A DNA stretch of 63,798 nucleotides, the filler included, from Lama guanicoe (lineage: Eukaryota), in NCBI GenBank assembly GCA_013239625.1. It is 77 parts of 75 records of this genome, joined end to end, with 100 filler letters (N's around TTAATTAATTAA, not from the genome) between each part and the next. Parts side by side here need not be neighbours in the genome. Positions count along the whole stretch, not along the records: positions 63,117 to 63,798 come from MU053817.1; 76 more parts are not named here. One strand, written 5' to 3'. Of the stretch, positions 63,117 through 63,798 are shown piece after piece. The notes below the pieces were generated by a model. It did no database searches. It was not told the DNA's origin and saw only the letters and a program-made list of their open reading frames with translations. Each line of letters opens with the position of its first letter. Within the stretch, counting starts at the first letter, position 1. Made by a program: the position numbers and the translations under genes.

Positions 63117-63798
63117 GACACAAGGGTGTTTCAACTTACACAAATCAATCAATGTAATACATCACCTCCACAAGAGAAAGGACAAAAACCACATGATTAT
63201 CTCAATAGATGCAGAAAAAGCATTTGATAAAATTCAATACCCATTTAGGATTAAAAAGTCTCACCAAAGTGGGTATAGAGGGAACACATCTCAACATAAT
63301 AAAAGTTATATATGACAAGCCTACAGCCAGCATAGTACTCAGTGGTGAAAAACTCAAAAGCTTCCCACTAAAACATGGGATAAGACAAGGCTGCCCACTA
63401 TCACCACTCCTATTCAACATAGTCTTGGACGTCCTAGCCACAGCAGTCAGGCAAGAGAGAGAAATGAAAAGGATCCAAATTGGAAAAGAAGAGGTTAAAG
63501 TGTCACTATATGCCGATGACATGATACTATATATAGAAAACCCTAAAAGGTCCACACAAAAACTACTAGAAGTAATCCAAGAATTCAGCACGGTAGCAGG
63601 TTACAAGATTNNNNNNNNNNNNNNNNNNNNNNNNNNNNNNNNNNNNNNNNNNNNNNNNNNNNNNNNNNNNNNNNNNNNNNNNAAACAATACCAAATAGCA
63701 CCCAAAGTAATAAAATACCTAAGAGTAAATCTAACCAAGGAGGTGAAAGTCTTATACATGGAAAACTATAAACCATTGATGAAGGAAATTAAAGAAGA
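63117..63798 (+). mobile_element. LINE-1 ORF2 reverse transcriptase core with a +1 frameshift near 63255
   Basis: [17 protein letters not shown], then [21 protein letters not shown]...[20 protein letters not shown] at 63509-63520. Confidence 0.96.

Noticed and set aside
58..63776. Most ORFs in the supplied track
   Set aside because: They read through N-runs, end in the linker, or are translations of satellite or antisense L1.

Overview
This is not a contiguous locus. It is a string of about 77 short (roughly 0.3-1.4 kb) unplaced mammalian scaffolds joined by about 76 artificial 100-bp spacers (44 N + TTAATTAATTAA + 44 N). Nothing can be inferred from which fragments are neighbours, and most ORFs in the supplied track are artefacts of N-runs, the linker ('...LIN*') or low-complexity satellite. 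A tRNA-Ala-derived SINE matching the camelid Vic-1 type suggests a camelid genome (inference). Content is mostly repeats: a ~267-bp GC-rich satellite (B) plus a decayed CpG-poor relative (F), a ~249-bp satellite (A), an AT-rich AGAATAT-heptamer satellite (C), three recurrent non-tandem repeat segments (D, E, G) that may tile one multi-kb unit, many LINE-1 fragments, Tigger1, MaLR/ERV LTRs, MIR, minisatellites and two CpG islands. Genic signals the ORF track misses or mis-frames are a 250-codon stop-free EEPAAP-repeat frame (9144-9893, minus), two in-phase candidate exons (42517-42603 and 41850-41931, minus) and a candidate 9-nt microexon (7717-7725, minus). I found no convincing novel multi-gene system. 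The best leads are the satellite family relationships, the putative macro-repeat and these small genic fragments.
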